This document shows, in pieces, positions 38,027 to 49,878 of a DNA stretch of 64,000 bases. The notes below the pieces were generated by a model that was given only the letters and a program-made list of their open reading frames with translations, had not been told where the DNA came from and made no database searches. Source of the DNA: Amphiscolops sp. MND2022 (Eukaryota); NCBI GenBank assembly GCA_964187785.1, contig OZ076409.1, positions 33,730,001 to 33,794,000 of the forward strand. Reading direction: 5' to 3'. A program made the position numbers and the translations under genes. Position 1 is the first letter of the stretch. Each line of letters starts with the position of its first letter.

Positions 38027-38898
38027 CTTCGAACAATGATTCTCTGGTTTGGTTAGTTTCTTGACATCAACAAAGAATTGAAATTCAAAAATTTCAGAAC
38101 ATTAGAGAGAGTTATAGTTAATCAGCATCTGCTAAAATCCAAGTACTAAGCACTTATGGTAAAAGTGCACAGTGCACAAAAAGCGGACCATTTAGAGTGA
38201 GTACAAACAAACAAAACCTTAAAGCGTGAATCACAGTATTACTTAATTTAGGTTGAGAGGCAAAATGTGCAACATGCAAAGCGTTGGTGCCTCCTCCTTC
38301 GAGTTTTATATTTTATTGGACAAAAATATTGGATAAAAAAGTCGCACTGGGCTCAACTACTTCTGCAGAGATAAAAGTTATAGTTGAGCGCGGGACTCAA
38401 ACGTGCATACGCCTGCTTCCCAGGACGAGTAACAACACGAAGACACACACGTTGACCACTAGACTAAATGCTAAGTTGTTTCCGGCTTCCACCAGCATCT
38501 AGTAACTGCAGGCAAAAAAATTTGGTAAAGTTGCAGACAGCTAAATATTTTTTGTTTCCACTGTCTTTTTACTTTTAGTTTTTTAGTTGGAGAGGCTAAA
38601 AGACAAGGGTTGCAATTGTGAGCAGAAATCTCCAGATATAAAATCTTCTAACCTACTAAGCTACGGTACCAAATCTGCAGTCAAATGTTCAAGCTATTCT
38701 CGAAAAGAAGGTGTCACTGGAAACCCATGTTTCCGACCTTTGCAAATCTGTGCAGATCTGTTGCACTCAATCCTGAAGAACCATACCGATCTGCAGAAAC
38801 TTTACAGAAGTGTGCAGATTCTCTTTGAAAATTTTTGCAGAAATATGTTTCTCTGCAGGTTCTAAGGAACCAATAGACTGCTTTTTTGACTTCTTCAA

Positions 38899-39627
38899 CT
38901 ATTTTATCAAGTATTTTGGCTGACCAAGGTTGACCAACTTTCCATCACCCAAAATTCTGGAGAAGAAAACTTGTCCCCATCTGTCGTAACCTTCATCCTC
39001 ACTATAGTTGGAATCATATGAATTCTGTCTAAAGTGGGCCTCTTGGTTACTACCAATTGTAATCAACCCAGCAAGATTTTCTGTTTTGTTTTGATCTAAT
39101 TTGCGAGTTTTACTTTGCTGCCGTCCGCCTGACTCATGGTCATCAGCTTGGGGCATCTGACCTGACATATTCAGATGCCGTCCATCTGACCGAAGGTCCC
39201 ATTTGGTGTTTTTAGCTCCTTCACTTGCTCCTACAGCTCCCCTAATAGTGGGCAACACCTTTTCTTCAATTGCTGCATTTAGTATCTCTACTATGTGGGA
39301 ATTTAAGTCAGATTTGATTTCCTCAAATCTTCTCGACATTTGAGTGGAAATTTTTGAACTGATTGCTCGACTTGTCTCAGCTGTAATCTCACAATTCACA
39401 CTCATATTTGCATTCGGGGATAACCTAATACTTTCTCCAATAGGGTCAGTATTTTCTTGCCGTCTCCCGAACCTCAGGTCCATTTCTAAATCACTATTAT
39501 TTTCTTGTTCATCTAATTCGTTTCGAACATACGTTCCTAACATAATCTCAAGGTTTTCTACATCTGACATTATGTCTGATTGTCTTGAACGCTTTTCCTT
39601 AGCTTTCTGCTTCCTTGTAGAAGGCAT
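38899..39627 (-). CDS. LTR-encoded gag-leader-like ORF (MPSTRKQKAK...) reading out of the solo LTR into flanking DNA
   Basis: Open from ATG 39627. The LTR ends at ...SEDEGYD (38982), and the last ~27 codons come from the flank. Confidence 0.6.
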   Translation of the reverse strand: MPSTRKQKAKEKRSRQSDIMSDVENLEIMLGTYVRNELDEQENNSDLEMDLRFGRRQENTDPIGESIRLSPNANMSVNCEITAETSRAISSKISTQMSRRFEEIKSDLNSHIVEILNAAIEEKVLPTIRGAVGASEGAKNTKWDLRSDGRHLNMSGQMPQADDHESGGRQQSKTRKLDQNKTENLAGLITIGSNQEAHFRQNSYDSNYSEDEGYDRWGQVFFSRILGDGKLVNLGQPKYLIK

Positions 39628-40513
39628 CCCAGGGAGAATATCAAGTTTCAACAATGAATTGATCAAAGAGTAGGAATTTCACAGCAAGGTTGTACGTATT
39701 GTAGTAAATATATTGAATGAATCTCAACCTTCAGTTCATCAGTATACATACCTTCACCACCATGACACTCAATATTTAGAGTGTCACTGGTCAAAAATAG
39801 TAATGATGTCATCATTAAAATAGCAACATCCTCAACTATTGCATAATATTTACAATAAATAGAACATAGGATGATTTGAAACATTACGTCTTTTACCCGA
39901 CATTCTATAAATAGAAACAGCATTAAACTAAAATTGTGTAATACAAGCTAACAGCAACATTTCATGCATCTGAGAGAATTATTTAACTAATTGGACCATT
40001 GGTCCACATGACTGCAGTACAGTACTAGTTCCTGCAATTTGATTGGTCGAAAGTAATTTGGACAACGCGTCAACTTGACGGCAACACTGTACCAGTTAAA
40101 CGCGTTTCCTTTACCTTTGACAGCTTACTACATTAATTGATTGAATAATAATCTAATTTTACAAACTGCAACAGTGAACCAACTACATAATTAGGTGAGT
40201 ATACTAGTTCACAATGGATAAAATAAATCATCAGAATTACTACATGCTGTTGTATGAGAGTAAATATGTAGGTAAATAGTTGCCGTCGATCTGACCTTAG
40301 GTCATAGATTATAAAATCGTTGTGTATATTGGCTAAATTAAGCACCAAACTATCGTGATTATTGATATACATGACAAAATAATAGTATTCATCAGTACGT
40401 TAGGTGAGTTTTAAGTTCTGCTCATATCGGTGGGACTCCCGGTCTGGGAACATTAAGGTCGTCTTCAGGGGTGATCTGATATAGTAGGCCATCGCAGGCG
40501 GCAGTCTGCGACA
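38982..40513 (-). mobile_element. Solo LTR, second copy (via the duplication)
   Basis: TGTCG...CGACA ends and TSD CCATC at 38977-81 and 40514-18. Confidence 0.88.
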
Positions 40514-41935
40514 CCATCACGTGAATTTTGGTGACCGCAGAATGTGTGGAATTGGTTATACATTGTAGTTTATCCTTTTCACTTGAACTTTCCAGAAGTG
40601 GTCGTTGAATTTTGAGAGACTCGTTTGCCATAATGACTTTGTTTTGACGCATGAAATTTGGCATGTGGCAACTTTCTGGGTTGGTAGATGTGCTGATAAA
40701 GTTTTGTTGTTGTAAGATTTTGGGAAGAGGGTTTATTAGATCGATTTTAGTAATTGATCGTAACTTGGAATGCGTTATTGTATTTTATTTGTCATTGTTT
40801 GACTCAGTAAAGATCTGTAATCTCTACAGATCTGTACAGATTGCTGCAGAAAAATGTTTCCATCTTTTTAACATAATGAGATTTCTCTCCAGTTCTAAAC
40901 ATTTTCGTTATTCGTTTGACATCGCTGTGGGGTTTTCAATGCGTTTCTGAGCATGACTTTTTTTTCGAATCTGCACATATCTGCAAGGTTCTGCAACAAT
41001 TCTGTAGATCTGCACAGATTCGCAAAGATCGAAAACCTGGGAAGTAATTTCCTTAAGGTCACAATGGCCTGAATGCACGCTGTTGCTTTCAATTTCATTC
41101 GCAACAGGCAATTTTCATTGACCACACAACTGAACTTGAAACATTTGATCAATGCCCTAAAGTAGCGAGTTGAAAAATATTCTAGGCTGAATTCTGACCA
41201 AAACAGGACTAATGGGTTATCCTGTACACTTTGATTGCTAAAAACGGATAATGGTTACATTTTTTTCCATTTAAGTTTTTTTTTTTTAAAAAAAACTCAA
41301 ATTTTTAGTGAACAAAACTTGGGTAAGTAGCGTGAAGAATCAGCTGTTTTTTTAAGCTTTTGAGCTACTTTTTGAGCTATATACTCACTGAAATTATAGA
41401 AAAACCGCAAATTTTCTTTAAATTGTTTTTCTTTGGGTATATTATCTACAAAATTAATATTTCTTGTTGAAAAAATAATCTTATTAGTTCAGTGTTTCGT
41501 CCTTTCACTCCGTGTATTGTGAGTGGTACTAACAAAAAAATCAAAAAAATGCACAACAATTGATCAAAATGGTAGGAAAGTTCAGATACCTTCTGAAAAA
41601 ACATGCTTAGTAGCCAAAACGTTCGTAATTGAGCTCTGTGGAAAATCACACTCACAAAAAGATGCAAAGACTAAATAGCATGGAACGGTCGAAAAGTTTA
41701 GCGTTTTGTTCAACTCTTCGAGCCTTAATAACTGCAATCCTAGCAATAAATTTATGCTGAAAAGATTGCCGCTTTGTTGTTTAAACCTATGGTTTTTCAT
41801 ATTCACGAGACAAAATCGAAGTTGTACAAACATTGTCTAACAAATTGGAATAGCATTTTCTGAACATATTTTGTGCAGTTTTTGAACACAAAACTCCTAT
41901 TTTTCTTTTAAATACGTATTGGGTAGCTAATTGTC

Positions 41936-43059
41936 TGTCGGAACGACTGTCAGTACTTGTAGTTGCTGGATTCAGTCTGTTCCCTTCTCCATTAACGGAG
42001 GCAAACTGATTGGTCAGTGTAAGGACGATATTGGTAAGGTCTCCGATTTGTCTATTTATCTCATTAAATCATTGCTCAATGTTATAACTGTTACCATTTT
42101 GACGTCTAGTTAAAACGTCGTCAGAGTCAACGTCTACCATTTGGTCTCTGGATAAAAGTTCAGGGAAACTGGCTTCACTTTCGTTATCGCTTGATCTATC
42201 CATATTTCCAGTTTCTACTTGTCTATTTTGACTACTTTGAGATCTGGTAATTACCATGAGAAGTCTGGAAGTTTTAAGTTGAATTGAAATGTTTTAATGT
42301 TAAAACAAGGATTGATAACACGTAAGCAAGGTAGTAGACAACTGGTTATATCAATGGTTACAACTCGTGAGTGAGTTCGGTTTTACCCGATTGTGTGACT
42401 ATAAAGGTGTGTTAGCACCTTTCCTTTTAGCCAATGACATTCGATTTACTAATTGCTATTTAATTGCACTTGACGACTTGTGGCTACAGTCGTGACGGGT
42501 GATAATCGGCGTTTAAGTATTCATGTTTGATCTAGTATGACCGCAAGCACCAGTCATTTTAGCACGCAATTGTCTCAATTACCTCTTAAACTGAGCCTTT
42601 ACTACCATGTATCTTTATCATCATGGTGACCAATTCAATTATCGTTTGGAGGATAATTACTAAAAGGCATTGTACAAATTGCTAATATGAATGAACGAAA
42701 TGTTGTTGTTATGAATGATTGAAATTTCTGGTAATACTTTACATGTAATATAAAAAATGGATGAAGAATGATTAAATGACAAACTATCACGATAGCTGAC
42801 GACTGATTGTTTCAGTCAAATTTATGGGAATCACTTGTTGTGACTGAATATTTCAGTCTTGGTTTCTAAACGATGCACAATAACATGAATGAATTTAGTA
42901 TTGATGACTGTTAGTTCCAGTTGTTTTCCTTTCAACTGTGTTGTTCGGGGAATAAATTACTGCAATGTATTTTTATGATGATCTGTAATTTAGGGAGTTT
43001 GATGTATAAATTAATGTTTTAGAGTTCGTTTAATTCCTTCATGCTTGGCGGGCATGACA
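41936..43059 (-). repeat. 3' LTR
   Basis: Direct repeat of 55799-56921, preceded on the minus strand by the PPT. Confidence 0.95.
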
Positions 43060-43072
43060 TTCCCCCCTTTTT
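43060..43072 (-). promoter_or_regulatory. Polypurine tract
   Basis: AAAAAGGGGGGAA immediately 5' of the 3' LTR on the minus strand. Confidence 0.9.
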
Positions 43073-43879
43073 GAGAGAGAGCAAGCTGTAGGGGTAATGG
43101 GTAAGGTGAACGGTCGAGTTGAGAGGTAGCAGGTGTTTGAGTGGAGTTTTGAACAGCGGCTGAAGTGGCATGCAAGGTATAGAGAAACGCGTGGGTGGCA
43201 ATGTAGCTTCTGGAAACTTTCGGAAGCGTGAATGGACAAGGTGAGGCAGGCAAATAGTAGGTAGTCGGAAGTTGAAGTCTATTTATAGGAACGGTTTGAC
43301 AGCCACGTCATCCGTGTAGTGCGCATTGAGTGTAATGTTTGTTTAAGCAACTTTTCATCGATCATCGGCAGTTGATTGATTTGTTGAGTTGCTATAGTGA
43401 AAGTCAGTTGAGTCAGTTACTGTTTGAATTGAAAGTTGATCCCGCTTTAACTTGAGAGTATTCACCTTCGTTTTTCAACCGTTGGCTTTGCTCATTCTTC
43501 CACAATGATGAAAATATGTCCTTGTTTGGCTTTTTTGCCCTGTTAGTCCTGTATTTTTCGGGTATCGAATGTACTGATAAGGTTGTGCGGGGAATTAATC
43601 TTTTTTGGCAGGGAAATACGACTGCTTTCTTTCTGCTTCTTGTAATTAGCATTTGATATTTGATGGAAGTAGGTCCAAAATATGGTTCCTTGAATGTCCA
43701 GTATTACTCGAGTAGGACTGTTTGATAAGGAGGTCAGGTATCCATTGTATATTGGAATAGGTGATCAGTCTATAACAACAATAAATGGAAGAATGAGCTT
43801 TTGCAGTCGTGTCTTCGTCGCCGATTATTATTTCCCCGAATAGTATCAGTTATTTCCTTTGCTCCCAGCGTTATCCAAT

Positions 43880-46800
43880 ATGTCTGATGATGAGGCAGGT
43901 CAGTCCTTTGGTCCCGGATTAGCTGAGTTAGTCGCTGAAGTGGAGAATCAGATGGCCGGAGAGGGGGCTCAGCTAGGTGGAAGTGGAGGCGATCTGGAGT
44001 TATCAGGATTATTGCTGGAGACCAGTTACTGCTGTCAGTTTGCAGCTCGGGTATCTTCTGCTAATATCGCGGGTTTAAGCGATTTATTGGATGTCGTTCT
44101 CTCCCAGGAAATTGGTAAGTGCTCACTTCGTATATTGTACTACTATTAGTGGTATGTCTAAAGCTTAAGGGAGAGTTTAGTCTTTCCTTCAAGTTTGCAT
44201 ACTTTCAAGTTTGAGTCCCGTAATGTTAGGGAGTGTCAGGCGTAGCATTTTAAACAGGGTGTTCTCGTGTTTGTAGCTGATGTCAACATGTCCGACGTGG
44301 TCAGTTATTTACGTCGCTTTCGTGCTTCGATAGCCACTGGAACTGCTGAGTGTTCTGAGACGGAGGCGGCGCCCATCCTTCGTCGCCTGGATGCCTTTCT
44401 GACATCGCAACTTGGTAAGTGAATTCACGGTTACTGTGAAGTTAGGTTATCTGCTGGGGGGGTCTTTTGGTTCTTTTGTTGTTCGATACCAATGCATGCA
44501 GTATACGGTTGCTGTTCTATAACAAGGCGGTGATAGATGCCTTCAGTCGTTGAGTCCAAAGTAGGTGCTGTGAACTAAGGGTTACTTTGCAGATGCCAAC
44601 GTTCGAGCTGATGTCATTGTGGGGCAATTCACTGAATTGTTTCATCGTTTGGAACGGGAAATTCAGCAGTGGGTGAAGGCTGCAATCGAGTCTAGTTTGG
44701 GCCGGCTAGGGACAGTGGGTGCTCTCGCTGTCGAGGAATTCCTGGACAAATTGAAGGAAGCGTTGCGAGAACTGGGTCAAGCTCCTGTCGTTCCCCGTGG
44801 TGGTGAGACTTCTTCTCTACCACGCTCCGTAGCTGGGAGCATCTCTGGTGTGGACGATCGTCGTGCGGCAGTGGAATCTGATGTACCGTCTGAGTTTGGA
44901 GAAAAAAGCGTCGTTCCTTCTGGAGGGACTTCGTCTGCTTTTGCCTCCACATCAAAGCCTGGTAAGAACTCTCAAAAGATCACGTGAGGGGTTTTAGTTT
45001 TAGGTGGTAAAGAAATAAGAGATGTATATAACTTACTACTACTGCTTACGGACAAAAACGTTTTTTTTTGGAAGTTTTTGGCTGGACAGTGGTGCTATGT
45101 GATTTGCGTTGTGTGTTAGCAGGACGGAAGCGTGCTATCAAAACGTTGAAACCCTCATTCTTCGTTTCTGGGGTCGTGGGGACCTTCGTTGGTTTCCCCC
45201 GAAACAAACGTGTGGTGGACGGGTTCGCAAGGTGTCGTCTGTGCCGCGTTGATTTAAGCATTGCCGGACGTGGGCTACACAACTTGTGGGATCATTGGAA
45301 AGGGCGAGAGCACACTCGTCTAGAGCAGCGCTTCCGCATCATGTCCAATAGGCCTCTATTGGACAAGTCCTGTAGGCCCGTGTCATTGGACGAGGATCGG
45401 AGAATTCGGGCAGCCAGAGTGTCAGAGCCACCTGTCATTCTAGAGTCAGAGGTGAAGCTGACTGTTGAAGAGCGGATTGCGGTTGAATTAGAAGAGGAGG
45501 CAGCTGGTTCGAAACCCGAGTTGTCGGAGTCCAGTGCTTCATACCTCTGGCTATGCTGCTTCATCAATAACTTTGTTGAACTGAGGGACTTTTCAAGCGT
45601 TGTGCGGTCCATGGAAGTGTGGTCCAGTAGCATGCGGGGCGAGCTGGTTTTCAGTGAGAGGGTGCTATCATACCCGAAATGTCAGGTAATACATGTTTTG
45701 TTCATCTTTTTTTTTGTTCGTGAATGTTGGTTCTTGTCTGCTAGTTCGTGTTTGCAGTTGCTTACTGTTTTCGTTGGCAGTACTTGCTGAGAAGTGTCAC
45801 TGTTGTATGTTTGTTGTAGAGTCTTGTGTTGTACGGCCTGTATCCATTTGTTATGGAGAAACTGAGCGATCTACTCTCTGCTGGGGCGCGGGTTGGTCTG
45901 CACGTCCGCACTGATGGTTCGTTGAAGCGGGTGGATTGCCACATTTTTGACGCTCTGACAGTCAAAATGGTTGTGCTAGCTGCTATTCCTGGGGGTGGTG
46001 AGTGGGAACGCTCACTACTCAAGATTGTTGTCTCTGTTCTGGCCTGTGTGGAGTCTCATGCGGGTCTGTGTGCTGTGAGTGTGGGAGAGAATCTGCGTCT
46101 TGGGCGTGCGTTAGCTAGCATCGCGCACCCAGCCATACCTTTGGTTACTCGTCGTCTCGATGTGGACTGGCTGAAGTATTTGCTGCGGCGCACGTTTCTG
46201 CGAGAGTTGAGTGGACTGGAACCTTTCTGCGCGTTGGAGTATTTCCGGTTCCGCTTAGCCGCCGTCATCGGTGGTTCGTCGTTTGACAATATGCCAAGGC
46301 TTCGAGAGGTAATTGATTTTAAGTTTGTTAGCGCATTTCTTTTTCTTTTCGGGGACTGGTGTGAGTATGTGTGGTAATGTGTGGTCGTGGTCTGCTTTGT
46401 TCTAACTCGGTGCTAATTTTGTTCTAGTTCGTCCGTGGTGGTGCTGCGCGCTTCCAGGAGTTGTCGGCTCTGTGCACCGATGGGACGACCTCGGTGCCTA
46501 CTTTGGTGTCCACCGGTCAAATACTGTGTCCGAAACGCAGAGTATAGCCAGTATGGAGACTCAAGTCTTCAGCGATGCTTTGTCGAGGCCGCGATTTGCA
46601 GTTTTGAAATTTCTGGCAGAGACAGGTCAGTATAAGAGTTTTGAGTGTTACTTGTGTACGGGTGTGTCGGTACTAGTTTTGTTGTAATTGCTGATTTGGG
46701 TGTTATCGACGTCTGAGTTGTTAGGGTGTGTAGTTTTTCGACATTTTGTTTGTGATTCGTCTGTGTGTTTCAGTTGTTGCAAAGTGTCCTCGCTTTTGTT

Positions 46801-48053
46801 CTGCTGGGCGAGATCGGAACTTGTGGTTTGAGCGGGAGCTGGCTGCTTTCCTTCGAGAGTTATTGTGTCTGGTCGTCGAACCCTCATCAATACCACCTGA
46901 TTTTGAAGTCCTCGCCGTGTTGAAGTTGCGACTGGGCGAGGGTAAACCTGTTGACAAGGCCCGATACCAAGTGCTGTTCGGCCAGTACTTCCGCTTCGAC
47001 GTGGTCAGCCAGAAGCCTTTCTTTTATAAAGAGGTGCAGAATTTCCTCAGGACTGTGTGCGAGTCGTGTATTGGCGATTATGACCAAGGGTGGGTTAAGC
47101 ACCTCAGCTTGTTGCCGCTGGATCCTTATGCTATTCAGTTGGTGTCAATGGATCGGCTGACAGACATCCTTGTGGGTACACTTTCTGTCCTCAGCTTTAG
47201 GGATCTATGCAGAGGAGATCAAGGTGCCATCATCTTGCAGCAGTATCGCGAGGTAGTCAACTACTTCAAGCATCGATGGGAGTCCAATGCTTCGGTGGTG
47301 CCAGTTATTGACGATGCCATGTCTTTGTGGCTGTCATATCCTTCGTGGGACCGGTGCCAAGAATTCCGGGGCATTGTGGAGATTCTTTTTGTGGGAATGC
47401 TCCATGATTCGTATGCTGCTGATTTTCAGGATGTAGGAGACACAGCCCTCGATGGCAGTATCATGCTGTCAAGTTTGAACATTATTCGAAGCTGGATGTC
47501 GAGTGGTCTCGGCGGGCATTCTCGACGCTCGATGATTGGTTTTGTTAGACACTGCAGCACTACAGACATGCAGGTTTCGCGTTTAACCGATGAAGGCAGA
47601 GCTATCCCCTGGGACCAATTGGTTAAGAGGGGGGTTGACGAATCACTTGGGCGCTGTGTCACTGTACTGGAGACGACTGGTGGACTACCTACTCGCCCTG
47701 TCATTGACGATTATGTGTCTGCTGTTTGTAATCAGTTGCGGACAATGGAGTCGAGTCCAACTGCTCCCCGTCGGAGTCCTGTCAAATCAACGCGTTCAGC
47801 AGCTCAAGCGCCGAAATTGCAATCTGAGGTCGTAGTGTCATCAGCAGGTCCGAATGAGTCAGCTCCGAAGCGCAAAGCGGTCAGTAGGACGTCAGGGGGC
47901 AATCACGGACAGAGGACCGGTGGGAAGCCGGACAAGAAAGGGAAGCGCACTCTGGCTACCTTTGAGACTGAACCTGTACAAGCCAGCAGGCGGGCTTTTT
48001 CACTAGAAGAAAGCAGTAACGAGGGCGGTTCCAGCCGTTCTACAGAGTATTAG
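43880..48053 (+). CDS. Seven-exon antisense gene inside the Gypsy element; ~1090-aa BED-finger / hAT-transposase-like protein (one apparent 1-bp deletion in exon 6)
   Basis: Exons 43880-44114, 44277-44414, 44593-44961, 45120-45685, 45820-46308, 46428-46625 and 46774-48053. All introns are GT-AG with matching phases (1,1,1,0,0,1). Contains ARCRLCRVDLSIAGRGLHNLWDHWKGREH (C2H2 BED-like) and RWDDLGAYF. Confidence 0.8.
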
Positions 48054-48469
48054 TTGGCAGAAGGACTTGTTTTAGTAATCAGACTTTCCATATTTCTTTG
48101 TGTTCTCAGCTTTTTGTTTATTTATTGAGTCCTGATATTGTGATTTGTTTTGTATGCTGCATTTAATTTTGGCCTGAGTAGGTCTTGCACTTTCTAGTAA
48201 TTTAAGTAGATGGTTTCAACCAACATAGTACTCTTCTTTGTTTTTCCCTAGGACTTAACAGTTAGAACGTCACAAGAGGTTTTTCGCTTGTTTTGCATGT
48301 GACAACTCCATTTTTTTTTGTGTAGGACGTGAAACCTAAAGTTGCATGGCTCTTATGCTTGCTTTTTTTTGTTGTTTGTGTGTACGTTTATGCATGATGC
48401 TGGACTGGCTTTGTCTTTCTTAAGTGAGTGTATGGGGTAACCCATACTTCGCTATGGTTTCGAGTGGAC

Positions 48470-48766
48470 TTACGCTCTAATTGTTACGGCGTCTACAGAG
48501 AATTTTTTGAGGAAGTTCATGTTGGTTATGGTTGTCACTGCGGTAACCATTAACATAAACATTTGTTCACGCGTCAAACTGTGCTGTGCATGGTACTCGA
48601 GAGCCAGGTTTTTCATGTAAGTTATTAGTGAAGGCTCGAGAATGGTAACGAGACATTCAGACCTTGGCCTTCCAGTCCTTAGCGCCGCACTGTAAGGTAC
48701 GTGACTGAGCATCTAGTTCCTTTCGATGACGGAGAGCTCAAGGAGTGTATCCTTGGTTTGATGCAT
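48470..48766 (-). other. Short sense-strand ORF remnant between pol and the antisense gene
   Basis: MHQTKDTLLELSVIERN*MLSHVPYSAALR...IRA; no recognisable motif. Confidence 0.3.
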
Positions 48767-49878
48767 GACTTTTTTTTGTGTGCATGTAATATTCATGTTA
48801 TAAGTCTTTAGGACTATTTTGCATGTATTTTAGTGTGTTTCAATATATTACATGTAGCGGTCTGTGTACGCGACGTCATCATCGTTGATGTGTGTCCTGG
48901 GACGTCATCATACGTGATGTGTGTCGTCAAGATCGCGGGTTCTTACATTATATTAACTTCGGTGGTAGGAAGTTGTTAGACTGAGAACTATGGGTGTGCG
49001 TGGATTTTAATACTAAGCAGAGGTTGGGGCCGCGCACTCCTGAATCTTTTCCCAAGCGAGGCGAAGCCTTCGCATATCTGGTTACTATTAAGGGGTCGGG
49101 CATTCATTGTTTTCTGAATTTGGCAAGTTCTTGTTCTTACCGGCGTTGTGTTATCGTCTATGGTTGGTTTTTTTATTTTTGTTTTTGATGTTCAGTTCAT
49201 TGGAAAAGGTGAATTCCCGTCGGAACCACCTATACAAAACTAACACTGAATCCAGTTGCTAAAGAGCAACCTTCATCTGTATGGTGACGACCAACCACAC
49301 AAGCGCGCTTTTCGACGACCCACCAACGCAGCCAGCACTATGGGTATAAGTCGAAATGGGTGGGATGTTGGTTGTGTTGTCCTAACGTTTGCCAGGCAGC
49401 AGATTGCCACTGTTAGTTTGTTTGCGCTTGTAGGGAACGTTCTTTCCGTTCACGTTTCGTTAGTTGTGTTTCAACGGTTTTCTAAGCGAAGTGTTTCGTT
49501 TCGATTGTTGATGTGGTAGTTTTGGTGTGAATTGAATAAATTATCGTTCACACTTTTGCGCGCTACGTGTGCTTCCGGGCCGCGAGTGTTGGGATGATTG
49601 GCGTTTGCAGTCGTTGCCTTACCGTTCGTTTGCTTCTTACGTAGTAGTTGATGCTAAGTAATTAGACAGTTCAAACAGAGTTGGCGGAAGTGGATGGTCA
49701 TTTAATCGTATTAATTGGATTGTGTACTAGGTTGTCCGGAATTTCCAATACTGCTTGTTGAGTACTGGTATATAGGGGTGTAATTGTAAAACAATTACTT
49801 TTACGGTCAAGGAGCGAGACTGTTGGTGACTGCTGTTAGCAGTCGTTGGTTTGAGAACTGCAATGAGGGGTGGGTGTT

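Larger units (their letters stand above)
33074..38134. repeat. Tandem segmental duplication, unit 1 (5.06 kb)
   Basis: Near-identical to 38135-41935 plus 56927-58187. 5-bp microhomology AAATC at 33074, 38135 and 58188. Confidence 0.95.

Noticed and set aside
43880..48053. env gene or nested host gene interpretation of the extra Gypsy region
   Set aside because: It is antisense, with no signal peptide, furin site or TM anchor. It lies within the LTR pair and is absent from the empty site in duplication unit 1.
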